DNA from: Gordius albopunctatus
Lineage: Eukaryota
Direction: 5' to 3'
NCBI GenBank assembly: GCA_964276515.1
Contig: OZ193909.1
Span: 4,712,001-4,776,000 of the forward strand
DNA: 64,000 nt
The first letter of the stretch is position 1, and every line of letters begins with the position of its first letter. The notes beneath the pieces were generated by a model. It was not told where the DNA came from and searched no databases. It saw only the letters and a program-made list of their open reading frames with translations. Shown piece after piece: positions 35,217 through 50,300 of the stretch. The translations under genes were made by a program, and so were the position numbers.

Positions 35217-38200
35217 CATACATACATACATACATACATACATACATACATACATACATACATACATACATACATACATACATACATACATACATACATA
35301 CATACATACATACATACATACATACATACATACATACATACATACATACATACATACATACATACATACATACATACATACATACATACATACATACATA
35401 CATACATACATACATACATACATACATACATACATACATACATACATACATACATACATACATACATACATACATACATACATACATACATACATACATA
35501 CATACATACATACATACATACATACATACATACATACATACATACATACATACATACATACATACATACATACATACATACATACATACATACATACATA
35601 CATACATACATACATACATACATACATACATACATACATACATACATACATACATACATACATACATACATACATACATACATACATACATACATACATA
35701 CATACATACATACATACATACATACATACATACATACATACATACATACATACATACATACATACATACATACATACATACATACATACATACATACATA
35801 CATACATACATACATACATACATACATACATACATACATACATACATACATACATACATACATACATACATACATACATACATACATACATACATACATA
35901 CATACATACATACATACATACATACATACATACATACATACATACATACATACATACATACATACATACATACATACATACATACATACATACATACATA
36001 CATACATACATACATACATACATACATACATACATACATACATACATACATACATACATACATACATACATACATACATACATACATACATACATACATA
36101 CATACATACATACATACATACATACATACATACATACATACATACATACATACATACATACATACATACATACATACATACATACATACATACATACATA
36201 CATACATACATACATACATACATACATACATACATACATACATACATACATACATACATACATACATACATACATACATACATACATACATACATACATA
36301 CATACATACATACATACATACATACATACATACATACATACATACATACATACATACATACATACATACATACATACATACATACATACATACATACATA
36401 CATACATACATACATACATACATACATACATACATACATACATACATACATACATACATACATACATACATACATACATACATACATACATACATACATA
36501 CATACATACATACATACATACATACATACATACATACATACATACATACATACATACATACATACATACATACATACATACATACATACATACATACATA
36601 CATACATACATACATACATACATACATACATACATACATACATACATACATACATACATACATACATACATACATACATACATACATACATACATACATA
36701 CATACATACATACATACATACATACATACATACATACATACATACATACATACATACATACATACATACATACATACATACATACATACATACATACATA
36801 CATACATACATACATACATACATACATACATACATACATACATACATACATACATACATACATACATACATACATACATACATACATACATACATACATA
36901 CATACATACATACATACATACATACATACATACATACATACATACATACATACATACATACATACATACATACATACATACATACATACATACATACATA
37001 CATACATACATACATACATACATACATACATACATACATACATACATACATACATACATACATACATACATACATACATACATACATACATACATACATA
37101 CATACATACATACATACATACATACATACATACATACATACATACATACATACATACATACATACATACATACATACATACATACATACATACATACATA
37201 CATACATACATACATACATACATACATACATACATACATACATACATACATACATACATACATACATACATACATACATACATACATACATACATACATA
37301 CATACATACATACATACATACATACATACATACATACATACATACATACATACATACATACATACATACATACATACATACATACATACATACATACATA
37401 CATACATACATACATACATACATACATACATACATACATACATACATACATACATACATACATACATACATACATACATACATACATACATACATACATA
37501 CATACATACATACATACATACATACATACATACATACATACATACATACATACATACATACATACATACATACATACATACATACATACATACATACATA
37601 CATACATACATACATACATACATACATACATACATACATACATACATACATACATACATACATACATACATACATACATACATACATACATACATACATA
37701 CATACATACATACATACATACATACATACATACATACATACATACATACATACATACATACATACATACATACATACATACATACATACATACATACATA
37801 CATACATACATACATACATACATACATACATACATACATACATACATACATACATACATACATACATACATACATACATACATACATACATACATACATA
37901 CATACATACATACATACATACATACATACATACATACATACATACATACATACATACATACATACATACATACATACATACATACATACATACATACATA
38001 CATACATACATACATACATACATACATACATACATACATACATACATACATACATACATACATACATACATACATACATACATACATACATACATACATA
38101 CATACATACATACATACATACATACATACATACATACATACATACATACATACATACATACATACATACATACATACATACATACATACATACATACATA

Positions 38201-40015
38201 CATACATACATACATACATACATACATACATACATACATACATACATACATACATACATACATACATACATACATACATACATACATACATACATACATA
38301 CATACATACATACATACATACATACATACATACATACATACATACATACATACATACATACATACATACATACATACATACATACATACATACATACATA
38401 CATACATACATACATACATACATACATACATACATACATACATACATACATACATACATACATACATACATACATACATACATACATACATACATACATA
38501 CATACATACATACATACATACATACATACATACATACATACATACATACATACATACATACATACATACATACATACATACATACATACATACATACATA
38601 CATACATACATACATACATACATACATACATACATACATACATACATACATACATACATACATACATACATACATACATACATACATACATACATACATA
38701 CATACATACATACATACATACATACATACATACATACATACATACATACATACATACATACATACATACATACATACATACATACATACATACATACATA
38801 CATACATACATACATACATACATACATACATACATACATACATACATACATACATACATACATACATACATACATACATACATACATACATACATACATA
38901 CATACATACATACATACATACATACATACATACATACATACATACATACATACATACATACATACATACATACATACATACATACATACATACATACATA
39001 CATACATACATACATACATACATACATACATACATACATACATACATACATACATACATACATACATACATACATACATACATACATACATACATACATA
39101 CATACATACATACATACATACATACATACATACATACATACATACATACATACATACATACATACATACATACATACATACATACATACATACATACATA
39201 CATACATACATACATACATACATACATACATACATACATACATACATACATACATACATACATACATACATACATACATACATACATACATACATACATA
39301 CATACATACATACATACATACATACATACATACATACATACATACATACATACATACATACATACATACATACATACATACATACATACATACATACATA
39401 CATACATACATACATACATACATACATACATACATACATACATACATACATACATACATACATACATACATACATACATACATACATACATACATACATA
39501 CATACATACATACATACATACATACATACATACATACATACATACATACATACATACATACATACATACATACATACATACATACATACATACATACATA
39601 CATACATACATACATACATACATACATACATACATACATACATACATACATACATACATACATACATACATACATACATACATACATACATACATACATA
39701 CATACATACATACATACATACATACATACATACATACATACATACATACATACATACATACATACATACATACATACATACATACATACATACATACATA
39801 CATACATACATACATACATACATACATACATACATACATACATACATACATACATACATACATACATACATACATACATACATACATACATACATACATA
39901 CATACATACATACATACATACATACATACATACATACATACATACATACATACATACATACATACATACATACATACATACATACTAAATTCGGTCCTTT
40001 ATATTAATTAAATGA
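34455..40015 (-). mobile_element. Helitron-derived 5' segment carrying the large (TACA)n array
   Basis: 34864-35058 is nearly identical to 52568-52761 of the autonomous Helitron, and both lie just left of a TACA array. The ends are approximate and no 3' CTAG end was found. Confidence 0.65.
35187..39985. repeat. (TACA)n microsatellite, about 1200 units, apparently perfect
   Basis: Directly visible; stop-free HTYI/MYVC translations run across it in the ORF track. Confidence 0.99.
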
Positions 40016-40149
40016 GTAATTATTATTAATATTTTGGCCATGGCAATGTCAATTCATCTGCTGATTTTGAATATTCAGAATCTGAAGATGAAGACGATAT
40101 AATAATATGATTGTCCATATTAACCTATAAATTTAAATATAATTAATAA

Positions 40150-41798
40150 TATTTAAAATATAGAAGAAAAAAAATTTGCTACACTTTGGCCAATGGTCCT
40201 TTTTTCTCATATTCAGTAGTCAGAAGGATATAAATACATAAGGAACGAAAAAAAACGAAAAAAATATCGAATCACAATTTGGCCAATGGCCATTTTTTCC
40301 ATTGGTCAGTATCTAGGAGACGGTCAAAAAGGATATAAAAACATAGGAGACGAAAAAAAACGAAAAAAATATTTTGATTTATACTTTGGCCAATGGTCAT
40401 TTTTTTATTGGTCAGCAGCCAGGAGACGGTCAGAAAGGACTTAAGAGACGAAAAAAAACAAAAAAAAATCGATTTATACTTTGGCCAATGGGCATTTTTT
40501 CAATGGTCAGTAGCCAGGACATGGTAAAAAAAGTAATATTATAATTAAAAAAAATAAACAAAAATTTATCCTCTCCGGGATTCGAACACACATCAGTAGA
40601 GGCATAGGCTTTTGTGGGGGGGGGCACAGGGACCCATATCAGTAGAGGCATAGGCCCTTCTGGGGGAGGGCATAGAGTAATCTTATATATAAAAATTAAA
40701 CTATGTATAAATTTGCCGCTACCAATTTTGATAAACTAACTACCAGACCGATTTGGCTCAAAATTTCACAGTTTATTCCTGACACTCCGGAGCATGTTTT
40801 AAGATTGGTTCGAGCCAAATTGGTCTAGTAGTTTTCGAGTTTGTTTTATACGTTTTGAAATTTAATAAAATGTCAATCAAACGCAACCTCATGACGTACT
40901 GCGTATCTATCGTGTTCTTTTAAAATTTGAATATACAGTTCTTTAATAAAAGTGTATCACTTATAGTATTTTCTAGACCGTCATGCCTGCAGGTAGTGTA
41001 GTGTTATAAATGTAGGCATGTGCTGCGGAAAATGGAAACTTTTTACAATTTGAAACATTAAATCAAAGTCATTTTTTGCTTATTTTTCAGGTCAATTATT
41101 ATTATAGGACGGTCGTGTCCCCTCCTGCGTGGCTAAATAAATTTAAAAATCCCATTTTATCCTTTTTTACGCGTTAAATAAGGATAAAAATGAAAATACT
41201 TTTAACAAAGTGTCAATAAATGTTGATATATCTCAGTTCATCGGACATTATTAAGTTCAGAATTAAACGTTTTATTCAGAAACAAATAATTATAATTCTA
41301 TTTTTACTTCAATAACCGCTTTATCATCATATATGCCCTAAAATTCCAACATAATTTAATACACCCGGGTAAATGACAAAACAACGTTTGCCGGGTTCAT
41401 AGAACCATAGAAGTAGAACATATAGACATCAAAATTTATTTTTACTTCAATAACCGCTTTATCATCATATATACCCTAAAATTCCAACATAATTTAATAC
41501 ACCCGAGTAAATGGGAAAACACGGGTTCATCTAGTTATCAATGTTAACCTAATATACCAATTCAAAAACGAAAAAAAAATTTCGAATCACAATTTGGCCA
41601 ATGATCATTTTTTCATTGGTCAGTAGCCAGTGAAGGGACAAAAAGTCATATTATCAATGGTATTAGCAAGAACAATATATTCATTTAATTTAAAAAAATT
41701 TTCCTCTCGGGGTATCGAACCAGCAAGTTAGAACGTTGAAAGGAAGGCCAACGGATAAACGGACAACAAAAAGATAGCCCATAAATTGCATAGCAATT
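40150..41798 (-). mobile_element. Diverged HINE-family element, interrupted by a Helitron
   Basis: Central repeat units at 40150-40680 and 41535-41720, a degenerate GGAC tract, and the terminus CCCATAAATTGCATAGCAATT ending at 41798. Confidence 0.8.
40681..41534 (+). mobile_element. Non-autonomous Helitron (same family as 8541-9692), with a duplicated 3' end
   Basis: A|TCTTATATATAAAA..CTAG|T, splitting the HINE motif CATAG(A/G)GTAA|TTATCAATG. The 3' segment 41299-41400 is repeated at 41438-41530. Confidence 0.9.
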
Positions 41799-42322
41799 AA
41801 TTATAGGTTTGGCTTAATTAACTACCAAATTACTCTTTATTTTTGAAACAGATTACCGCCACTAATTTCTATAAATTCTATAACTTACTTTATAAAACTT
41901 AAAGATCTTACTTAAAAGCTTATTTTAAATGGTTGGTTTTAGTATAAAATTTACACATGTAATTATGGCCTAGACAATTTAAAGATATTTCGTTATGACT
42001 AATTTCATTGACATTAGAGATAATATAAACTTTCGCCTAAGAAAAGTATACATCTTATCTATAATGCCATAATTAATTTTTTATTAAGCTTGTACACAAT
42101 ACATTGTTAGTTAATCCTAATTATAATTTTATTAAAGGTTGTGCAAATCATCTTGCTAATTAATTTAAATGACACATCTTTTATTGATTTGTACATATGC
42201 CTTTGCATGGGCCAAATATTTTAATACCCAATCCAACATAAGTAAATTTCATTTGTTCAGAAATTATTTGCAATGCTTAATAATCAGCCGGCATTAAGAT
42301 TAAAGATAAATCAAAAGATGAC

Positions 42323-43303
42323 ATGGCTCTAGATAAAACCATTTATGGATTTTCTTTACTTTTAACCTTAATAATTATAGTGGCTAACGTGGTAATCATT
42401 TGCATGTTCATCATTTTTAAGGACATACGTATCACCCGTAATTACATCATATTCTCGTTGGCTATTTCGGATTTACTGATAGGAATACTAGCAACGCCGT
42501 TCGCTGCCCAACAATATTACCTCAATTATTGGTATTTCTCATCTGAATTATGTTACACTCATGTATTTATTGACGTTATGTTAACCTTGGTTAGCCTCTT
42601 GACCATAACTCTAACAGCCATGCTCGATACCATTCTTATTTACGGAGGAGCTACAGTGAAGGTAACGACAGTTTACTCTCCTCGCAACGTAGGCGCACTC
42701 GTTGTTATCAGTTGGTTAGGTCCGTTGTTAACTTTATTAATCCCTCTGTTGCTGAATCCAAACTATGTGAAAATGTTTTTAGAACGCAAATCAATAGTTG
42801 GGCATATTATTGTTGAAACGATTTACTGCTTCCCGAAATTCCCTACAAAGATATTCATTGGCATCGTGGTTTTTTACTATCACATTTGCATGATATTTAT
42901 CATAGTTTGCTATGTGGCCATATATTTAAAGCTGTACAGAAGCAACGAAAGAATCTTTAATAGCAACATATCAGTTTCTCCCACATCGGAGGGGTGTTTC
43001 ATTAGTTCTGCTACTCGAAGATTTAGCAGGAACAAAGACTTTCTAAAATTAACTTTCACTTTGGCCGTTTTGGCGATCGTTTGCTACTTACCGGGTTCAA
43101 TTACGTTCTTATTAAAAGCTACAAACTATAAGGACCTACCCCTCTGGTCCTATAACTTAGGTATTTGGCTTTCCTACCTAAAATCCGCCTTAAATCCCTT
43201 TTTATACGGATTTTTAAACGTTAAATTTAGGGTGCATTTAAAAAATCTATTTATGAGAAATTATAGTCCACAGCAATCAGTCAATCACATTACAGAAGAA
43301 TAA
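42323..43303 (+). CDS. Class A GPCR, aminergic-like orphan, divergent paralog (326 aa)
   Basis: Intact single ORF with AN1.50, SLAISD2.50, C3.25, D3.32, CYLP and NPFLY. It shares FIIFKDIRITRNY, LPLW.YN.GIW.SYLKSALNP and KF.VHL with copies 1 and 2, and has shorter ECL2 and ICL3. Confidence 0.93.
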   Translation: MALDKTIYGFSLLLTLIIIVANVVIICMFIIFKDIRITRNYIIFSLAISDLLIGILATPFAAQQYYLNYWYFSSELCYTHVFIDVMLTLVSLLTITLTAMLDTILIYGGATVKVTTVYSPRNVGALVVISWLGPLLTLLIPLLLNPNYVKMFLERKSIVGHIIVETIYCFPKFPTKIFIGIVVFYYHICMIFIIVCYVAIYLKLYRSNERIFNSNISVSPTSEGCFISSATRRFSRNKDFLKLTFTLAVLAIVCYLPGSITFLLKATNYKDLPLWSYNLGIWLSYLKSALNPFLYGFLNVKFRVHLKNLFMRNYSPQQSVNHITEE

Positions 43304-44229
43304 TTAAATCTGCAATAAAAAATTTAAGTTTGAAGTTTCACAGACATAACTTATCTTAATGGTAATCCAATCAATAATTATGAATCTGCCAAATGCATCT
43401 CCAAGATACTGATAACCAAAAACAGAACCTATATAATTAACTTGGGCGGATTCAAACTTAATTTTATTAACATACAACTATTTAATTACAAAGCGCAATT
43501 CCACCCAAAATAATAGCAATATCAACTAATCACTTCATACAGAGTGCACCTAACTTGATATAGGGGTTATCTTTTCTTTTATCTATTATATAAATATATT
43601 TATGTTATTAATTCTATTTCCAATTAACGATGAATTATGAATTTTTAAACTTCCGAAAATGCCTTTTGTAGTTTTAGAATTAATTGTCGTTTTGTTTACC
43701 GCGTACACATTATATAACTAAGGTATTTGTTGAAGTAAACGTTATAATATTGTAGAAACCGTTTATGAAAAATTTAAAATGCGTCTTTGCCTATATTTAT
43801 AAAAACGTGGGTGATTGTGTGGCTGTGTTATAATTTAGCATATTTATTATTTAAATTAATAAAGTCTCGTGTTTTCCAAAAAAATTTAAGTAGGATAGAA
43901 AACGACAGAAAGATTCAAACCTACGTGGAATCTTCAATTTTTTGTTCTTCCAATATAATATCAATTATATAAATGTTAAAAATGGAGCTACATTCTCAAA
44001 AGATTTACGCATGTACATGGCGCTCCTACGATTATTCATGGTTTGTACTAACAATTGTTTATATTTTATTAACTTAAAGAGAGTTTAACTTTAATCATAT
44101 TACTATAATGTAATATAATATTATATCTTTGAAGTCGCATAATATAAACCGTGTTGATGTAAAAGTACTTTAACCCTGAAGAAATTCTTAACGTATACGG
44201 ACATCATTAATTAAATGCTGCTGATCTAT

Positions 44230-45720
44230 TTTTTTCCTATAGCTGTTTGTCACATTTAGTGGTCAGCTCCTTCAAGTAGGTTCTCCATGTATTCCTGCAC
44301 TTACATAAGCTTCGATTTAGCTCGTACCTTCTCAAGTCCATATCTATTTTATGCTTCCATGTCAGTTTAGGTCTCCCTCTCTTTCGCTTACCCTCGACTT
44401 GCACTTTCTTGATACGATTTGCCAAGTGACTTTCCTCCCGTCTCTCCAAATTGCCATACCATCTCAATCTTCTTACTACCAACTTTCTCTGAATTGGAAC
44501 TAAATTTAGTTTATCCCTTATGTCTTGATACCTTATATGGTCCTTTTTGCTTATTCCCAAGATTCATCTTAACATTCGCATCTCCATTGTAGCCAAGCTT
44601 TGCTCCTCTTTTGTCTTAATTGCACAGGTTTCCGCTCCATACAATACCGTGGTTACAATAACGGTGTTATATAACGGTCCTTTCAATTTGAGTGGTATGT
44701 GCTTGTCACATAGGACACCGCTCAACTCCCTGAATTTTAGCCAGCCTGCGTTTATTCTTGCCTTAACTTTGTTTTCCAAACCTCCATCACATTGTACCCT
44801 AGAACCAAGATATTTGAATTCTTTCCTGCTCCTTAAACACCAGTCATCGATTTGCAGGTGTGTTTCATTGTATTCATTCCCCGACTCCAAGCATACTAGA
44901 GGTGTGCACGGTAAATCCAACTCGGACGGATCGGATCAACATTTTATATTAGTCGGATCGGATCGGATTTTCACATTTAAAATAAACAATAATAAGTTCT
45001 AATTAATTAAATTAATAATTTTTAGTATATCTTTTCATAATTATCTTTGCATTCTTTTTTTACTTTACCATTTTTGATGCCCAATACTTCCTCTCACCTT
45101 ACTTACCCTAATATATTTATCAGTATTTCCCTAGCGTTTTTCCCTAGCTAGACCTTCTTGTCTGGCGAGAAAGGAGCTAGTATCAATGATAAATCAGCAT
45201 CTCCCATTTCCTTTTTAGCACAAGCATCTCTTTCTATCTCAACTCAACTCCGAAAATCATCAATCACAATCTCCCCTTTCCTTAAAGCACACGCGTAGCT
45301 CCTTTCCCTCTTGATATAAAAAGTTCTGTTCGTATAATTTTAATTTAAAAATTTTGGATCGGATCGGATTTAGATTTTAAAAAACTCGGATCGGATATAA
45401 AATTTTTAAAAAACCCCTCGGATCGGATCAAAAAATTTTATCCGTGCACACCTCTAAAGCATATAATTCAGTTTTATCTCGGTTGACCCTGAGGCCTTTG
45501 CTTTCAATTCGTTCCATCCACACTTTTACCTGCTCTGCTAATTCTACGTTTGAGCCTGCGCACAAGACGATATCATCCGCAAAGAGCATTGCCCAAGGTG
45601 ATTCGCGTTTCAGGTCCTTCGTTATCGAATCCATTATTTTTATGGAGAGCAATGGACTTAGGGTCGATCCTTGATGCACACTGACATTTAGACTGAATCC
45701 CTTTGATGTACCACTGTATG
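44230..45720 (-). mobile_element. RTE LINE 3' portion (same subfamily as 19901-24213)
   Basis: HQGSTLSP, FADD, YLGS, RLRWYG and KRKRGRPK; nucleotide match to 19910-20039 and 21382-22090. Confidence 0.9.
44897..45456. mobile_element. hAT MITE nested in the RTE
   Basis: Perfect 15-bp TIR TAGAGGTGTGCACGG, 8-bp TSD AAGCATAC/AAGCATAT and subterminal TCGGA repeats. Confidence 0.92.
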
Positions 45721-45789
45721 TACCCTCTTTAGTACTTCGTTCAGATTTTGCAGGTGGTCATTTTCATTTACCCCTGTAACTATGATATC

Positions 45790-45897
45790 GTCTAGAAGTA
45801 CACCGGTATGGGGAATCCCATCTAATAATTCCTCCATATAACGTTGAAATAAATTTGGTGCTATCGAAAGTCCAAATGGAAGACGTTTATATCGATA
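45790..45897 (-). mobile_element. Short Gypsy-type RT remnant
   Basis: The minus strand reads YRYKRLPFGLSIAPNLFQRYMEELLDGIPHTGV. Confidence 0.7.
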
Positions 45898-47339
45898 ACT
45901 AGCTGTGCCTGGCCAAGCGTTGCTTTGGCTCAGTCCTTAAGTAGTTAAATAAGTATAACCTATAAATAAGACTTATCTAAAATGGGGTCATATATGAAAT
46001 AATAATTCAAATAAATAAAATATCCTTATATTTATTTAGAGCACGAATTTTATCACGTCATGGATTTTATTTTAGTATCCCGGCAAACGTTGTTATGCCA
46101 TATAAATTATGTCTGACAAATTAACTAACTTACTATAAGTGTGTGGGGATATTTTTTGCAGAAGATTTATTTAAATTGTAGTTTTTTTTACAATCGATGG
46201 AAAGTAAACGTAAATAACTAATTGCAGGTAAAGAGTTTGTCGGGGAATGCAGGGGAGAGAAAACTTTTTATTTATTGTTTCCTGGGGTTGTTGATCTATC
46301 GGTTATATTTTCTTAACCACTCTTAAATAATACTTTTTTTTATCATTCGCATCACTTTGTTATATATGGAAAAATTAAGACAGAATTACGGTGGATAAAT
46401 TTTAGCTTTAGCGCCATCTGTACATACTATAAAAAATTTTTATATATTCATATCAACGAAAAGTTTTTTATTATTATTATTTTTTCCATCTAGCGATTCA
46501 TGATGATATACATATATATTCCATAATATCTTGCGTATTTATGACATAAGGTTAACACATATAACATATTGGGTTTCTTCCAAAATCTTTCTGTATCTTG
46601 ATATCGCTCATAACAGAAGATTGATTAATGGTGCATGGATGTCATTAGAAGCTTCATTACGAGATGTACACATTATAATTTTAGTGGAGGATTTTATTAC
46701 TAGCATTTAATTTTATTTTGTCAGAGGGTTTATAACGTTATATTTTACTATCGACATATGCCACAAAAATTTTAAAAATATTTAAAAAAAAGTAAAAAAT
46801 TTAAAAAGGAAAATTTAAAACTACCAAATTTTTTTTAAAACTCAACTCAACAAAATTAATGAACTGCCATTATTATCACATGGCCATAGAAGCATGTAAT
46901 TTATTTGGAGACACGACCTTGCTTAAGTTATGTAATAACAATGTACATTATAAGAACGTATTATATAAAAAAAATTAAAATGTCATACGTATGGGGGCGA
47001 TGTGGGATTCATATTCCGGGTAATCAGGGGTGGGAAGACGAGGAGGTAAAACGTGGCCTAGGATAGTGACGGTGTTTCCCAGAGGACCGTGTGAGTGGAA
47101 TTAGTGGATTGGAGAGATAAATACTGATAGTAGTTTCAAATACGGTACTCTGAGAATATATATTTAGATGTAGCAAAAAATATAACGCGAAAGGTACCTA
47201 GTGCCGCCGGGTATGAAACGAAGGAGCGGTTCCTTGGTTCGAATGGTATTATGGCATCAAGTGCCATCGCCGGATCATTTCAAGGCCATAGGATATACAA
47301 CATTTTTAGTTTTACCCTCCGGCGTCAAAATAAACAGGT

Positions 47340-50300
47340 TACTAGGTGTGCCTACACGCGAGCAGGCGCTATATATAGTTGGCCATGCGAAAAGCATGGA
47401 TTTTCTAGATTTAAGCCAACAACAGTTAATGATTGTCCCTGGGCTTTGTTGATTGTCATAGCGAATTCTAGGCGTACAGGAAACTGTACGCGCTTGAATT
47501 CAAAGGGCACATCTGTAGGGATCATGGGGATGCGTGGGATCATCACGTACTCGTTTTTTATACATTCCGCTGATTATAGTAGCCACAATACCATTGGACG
47601 CAGTTGTTTTACGACAAGTCTGGTACCATTACATAACCTCGGGGGATGTAAGTTACGCAGGGGTATTATAGGGCACCCAGGTTTCAATGTTAATTTATGT
47701 GGTGGGAGACCCGAAGGTGTTAAAGAATTCAAAAATTCAACTGGATAATTTACAGTTTGATCAGTTTCTATAACCGTATCAATAGAGCTGTAAGTAAAAG
47801 GATCACCTGGAATGTGCACTTAAATATAATCATTCATACGTGTGACGGCTGCATTTGTTGGCGTTAATATAGCGCGGTCCCGGAGCCATGTGTGATCGGT
47901 TTAGTGCGTTGCAATGTCGGGGAATACCATAGTTTCAAAAGCCTCAGGAGATGGCAGTAGGTGACAAAAGGTTGTTGGAAAGGAGCTTTCCTTTGGAGAC
48001 GGAGTAAATGGAAAGGTACCGTTCCCCAAAGCTAGTAGTTGTTGTGCAAATAAAGACGTTTCCGGGAGTAAATGCACGCGCATGTTCGTAGTAAGCGTGA
48101 GGATCGTAAACTTCCACCAAAGATGTGACGCCTTCAGGCAGGCATCCAGCTCATCAGCCGGTGTTACTCTTGGGATAACAGGTAATGTTTGTCGAAAATC
48201 ACCGACTAACAACAATAAAGCCCCCACCCCATAGGGAAGTCAATTTTCCGCAAATCTTTGAGAGTACTATCTAGTGCCTCGAGCGCTTTTTTATGCGCCA
48301 TCGTACATTCATCCCAAATTATGATTGAGCATGTCTTTAGGACTGTCCCAATTCCCGAGTTCTGAATGATATTTTACAGGTAGGTTTTTCAATCTGATGC
48401 AGATTTAAGGGGAGCTGGAAAGTATAATGCGCCGTGCGGCCTCCATCGAGTAACGTTGCCGCTATACCCGATGATGCGACGGCTAGGGCTAGCTCGTTAT
48501 TTGCGCGAAATTTTGCCAGTAAAATATTAAGGAGAAAAGTTTTACCAGTGCCGCCGGGAGCATCAAGGAAAAGCATACCGCCGATACCGGTTGCCGCGTA
48601 CTGCAGTACGGTGTCGTACGCGGTATTCTGGTCGACGGTCAAAATTAGTTCGCGTTCCTGTATAATGCTGCGCTGGTGGGTAACATCGTATTGCAGTTCG
48701 AGCCATACGTCTTTCGGTTGTACATCATGGCTGGTGCGGAGGGGTGGAGGTAAAGCAAATTGGCATAACATTTTATTGCTTATAGACATACATTGGTTCT
48801 CCAATAATATAAGAGCACGGTTGAAGATTTCATCGGAATAGGAAATATCTAATGTCGGATTTTCTCTCCGAATGCGCAAAATAACGTCCTCGCTGAGGCT
48901 TTCCTTGTGCCGGTGCCACAGGTCTGTTGGATTTAACGAGGCGCAGGTGGTCACAATGATCGTAAATAAATTACGGAGTTGGTGGGGGAGACATATGAGC
49001 GACGTTTCATCTAAGGTCGTATCCCAATGCTGGTCATTTTCCAGCAGCTGGAGTTCAAGACAGGCTTGTCTATACGTGGCGCAAACGGTGCCTGAGATCG
49101 TTTTCAGAGCCTGAAATGATGTCGGGCCTCGGACATTGTGAAGTAGCATGCGCAAATAAAAACATTCGCCCTGATTGGGATGGATTGTATACATACGTCC
49201 CAAAGCATCTGCCACATGGACGTCCGGATAGCCTGCAACCACAGGTCCCTGTTTTCTCCGTTGAAACACCTGCGTGTCGCATTACAAGTGTAATACCTCG
49301 GAACCTCGTGGTATAGCAGGGTTTGCGCGAAAGCGTCCTTTTGACACAGCTGAAAAAAGGCTGTCAACGTGTTATTGGGAGGGGGGGTGTGCCACTTTGT
49401 GTACGACGGTCGCCGGAATGAAGTAGACGCGCTGGCTATTTTCTAAATGAACCGCGAGATGTAATACGGGTGGGTAACGTTCGTGAATGGGCAATGCGAG
49501 GATTCGCCAAACAGCCTCATTGCTGCTGATATATCGACCCATTTGAAATTGTGTAATTTCATTCTTGGTGAAAACGCGCAAGGCCAAAAACTGCCATATC
49601 GCTGCCTTTGTTGACGTATTTGCAGATATGCTTGATGGACTTTACGGAATTGCAGTACTCTACGTTTATGTGCGCCGTGAATATTTTTGCGAGTAGGGGA
49701 GAGTAAGGGACTATCCAGCTGTTGTCAATTTCGACTGGGGCATTTTTTACCTGTATTGTGCAGGTGTGACCTCCCTCGCCGGGTGCACGGCGTCTATATA
49801 GTGGGTAGCCGTCTACGCCCGTTTTTATTTCTTGATTCAGGCGTTTCGAATAACGTTTAGAGCCTTTACCTTCTTTCATGCATGGGGACGCGTTATTTAT
49901 ACCGCCGCAGGGTCCGTGAATCATATGCCGAGTAACAGTGGTAAACAAAACGGGATCGGCTAGCGGATCGGGTAGTTCTGCACAAATGATGCTATCTATT
50001 TGCGAGGGTAAATGGTGTCTCGGAGCAAAATAAGAATATGAGCATGGGGTAGCCCTCTTTTCTGCCATTCGATCGAGTACATCCAACAGGTAGTTTGCCC
50101 GAACATATGAGATTTAGCTGTAAGATCAATAAGGCAACAAAGTTTTTGGGGAGAAACACGGGCGGTCAGATCGTGACGATGCGATGGTTTCTGGCCCGCC
50201 AACAGTAAATCCGCAATTCCGGGCCAGGCAGGATTGCAGGTGAAAGTTATAAACAGAGTAGGGCAGCCGAATATGCCTACATATGACATCGCGTCCTGCG

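Noticed and set aside
35187..39985. Telomeric or interstitial telomeric array
   Set aside because: It is not a G-rich telomere-type motif, it is internal, and it is tied to Helitron 5' sequence.
35059..40011. ORFs of about 1600 aa (HTYI/MYVC), and the similar ones at 52695-54052
   Set aside because: Artefacts of a stop-free (TACA)n microsatellite that is open in multiple frames on both strands.
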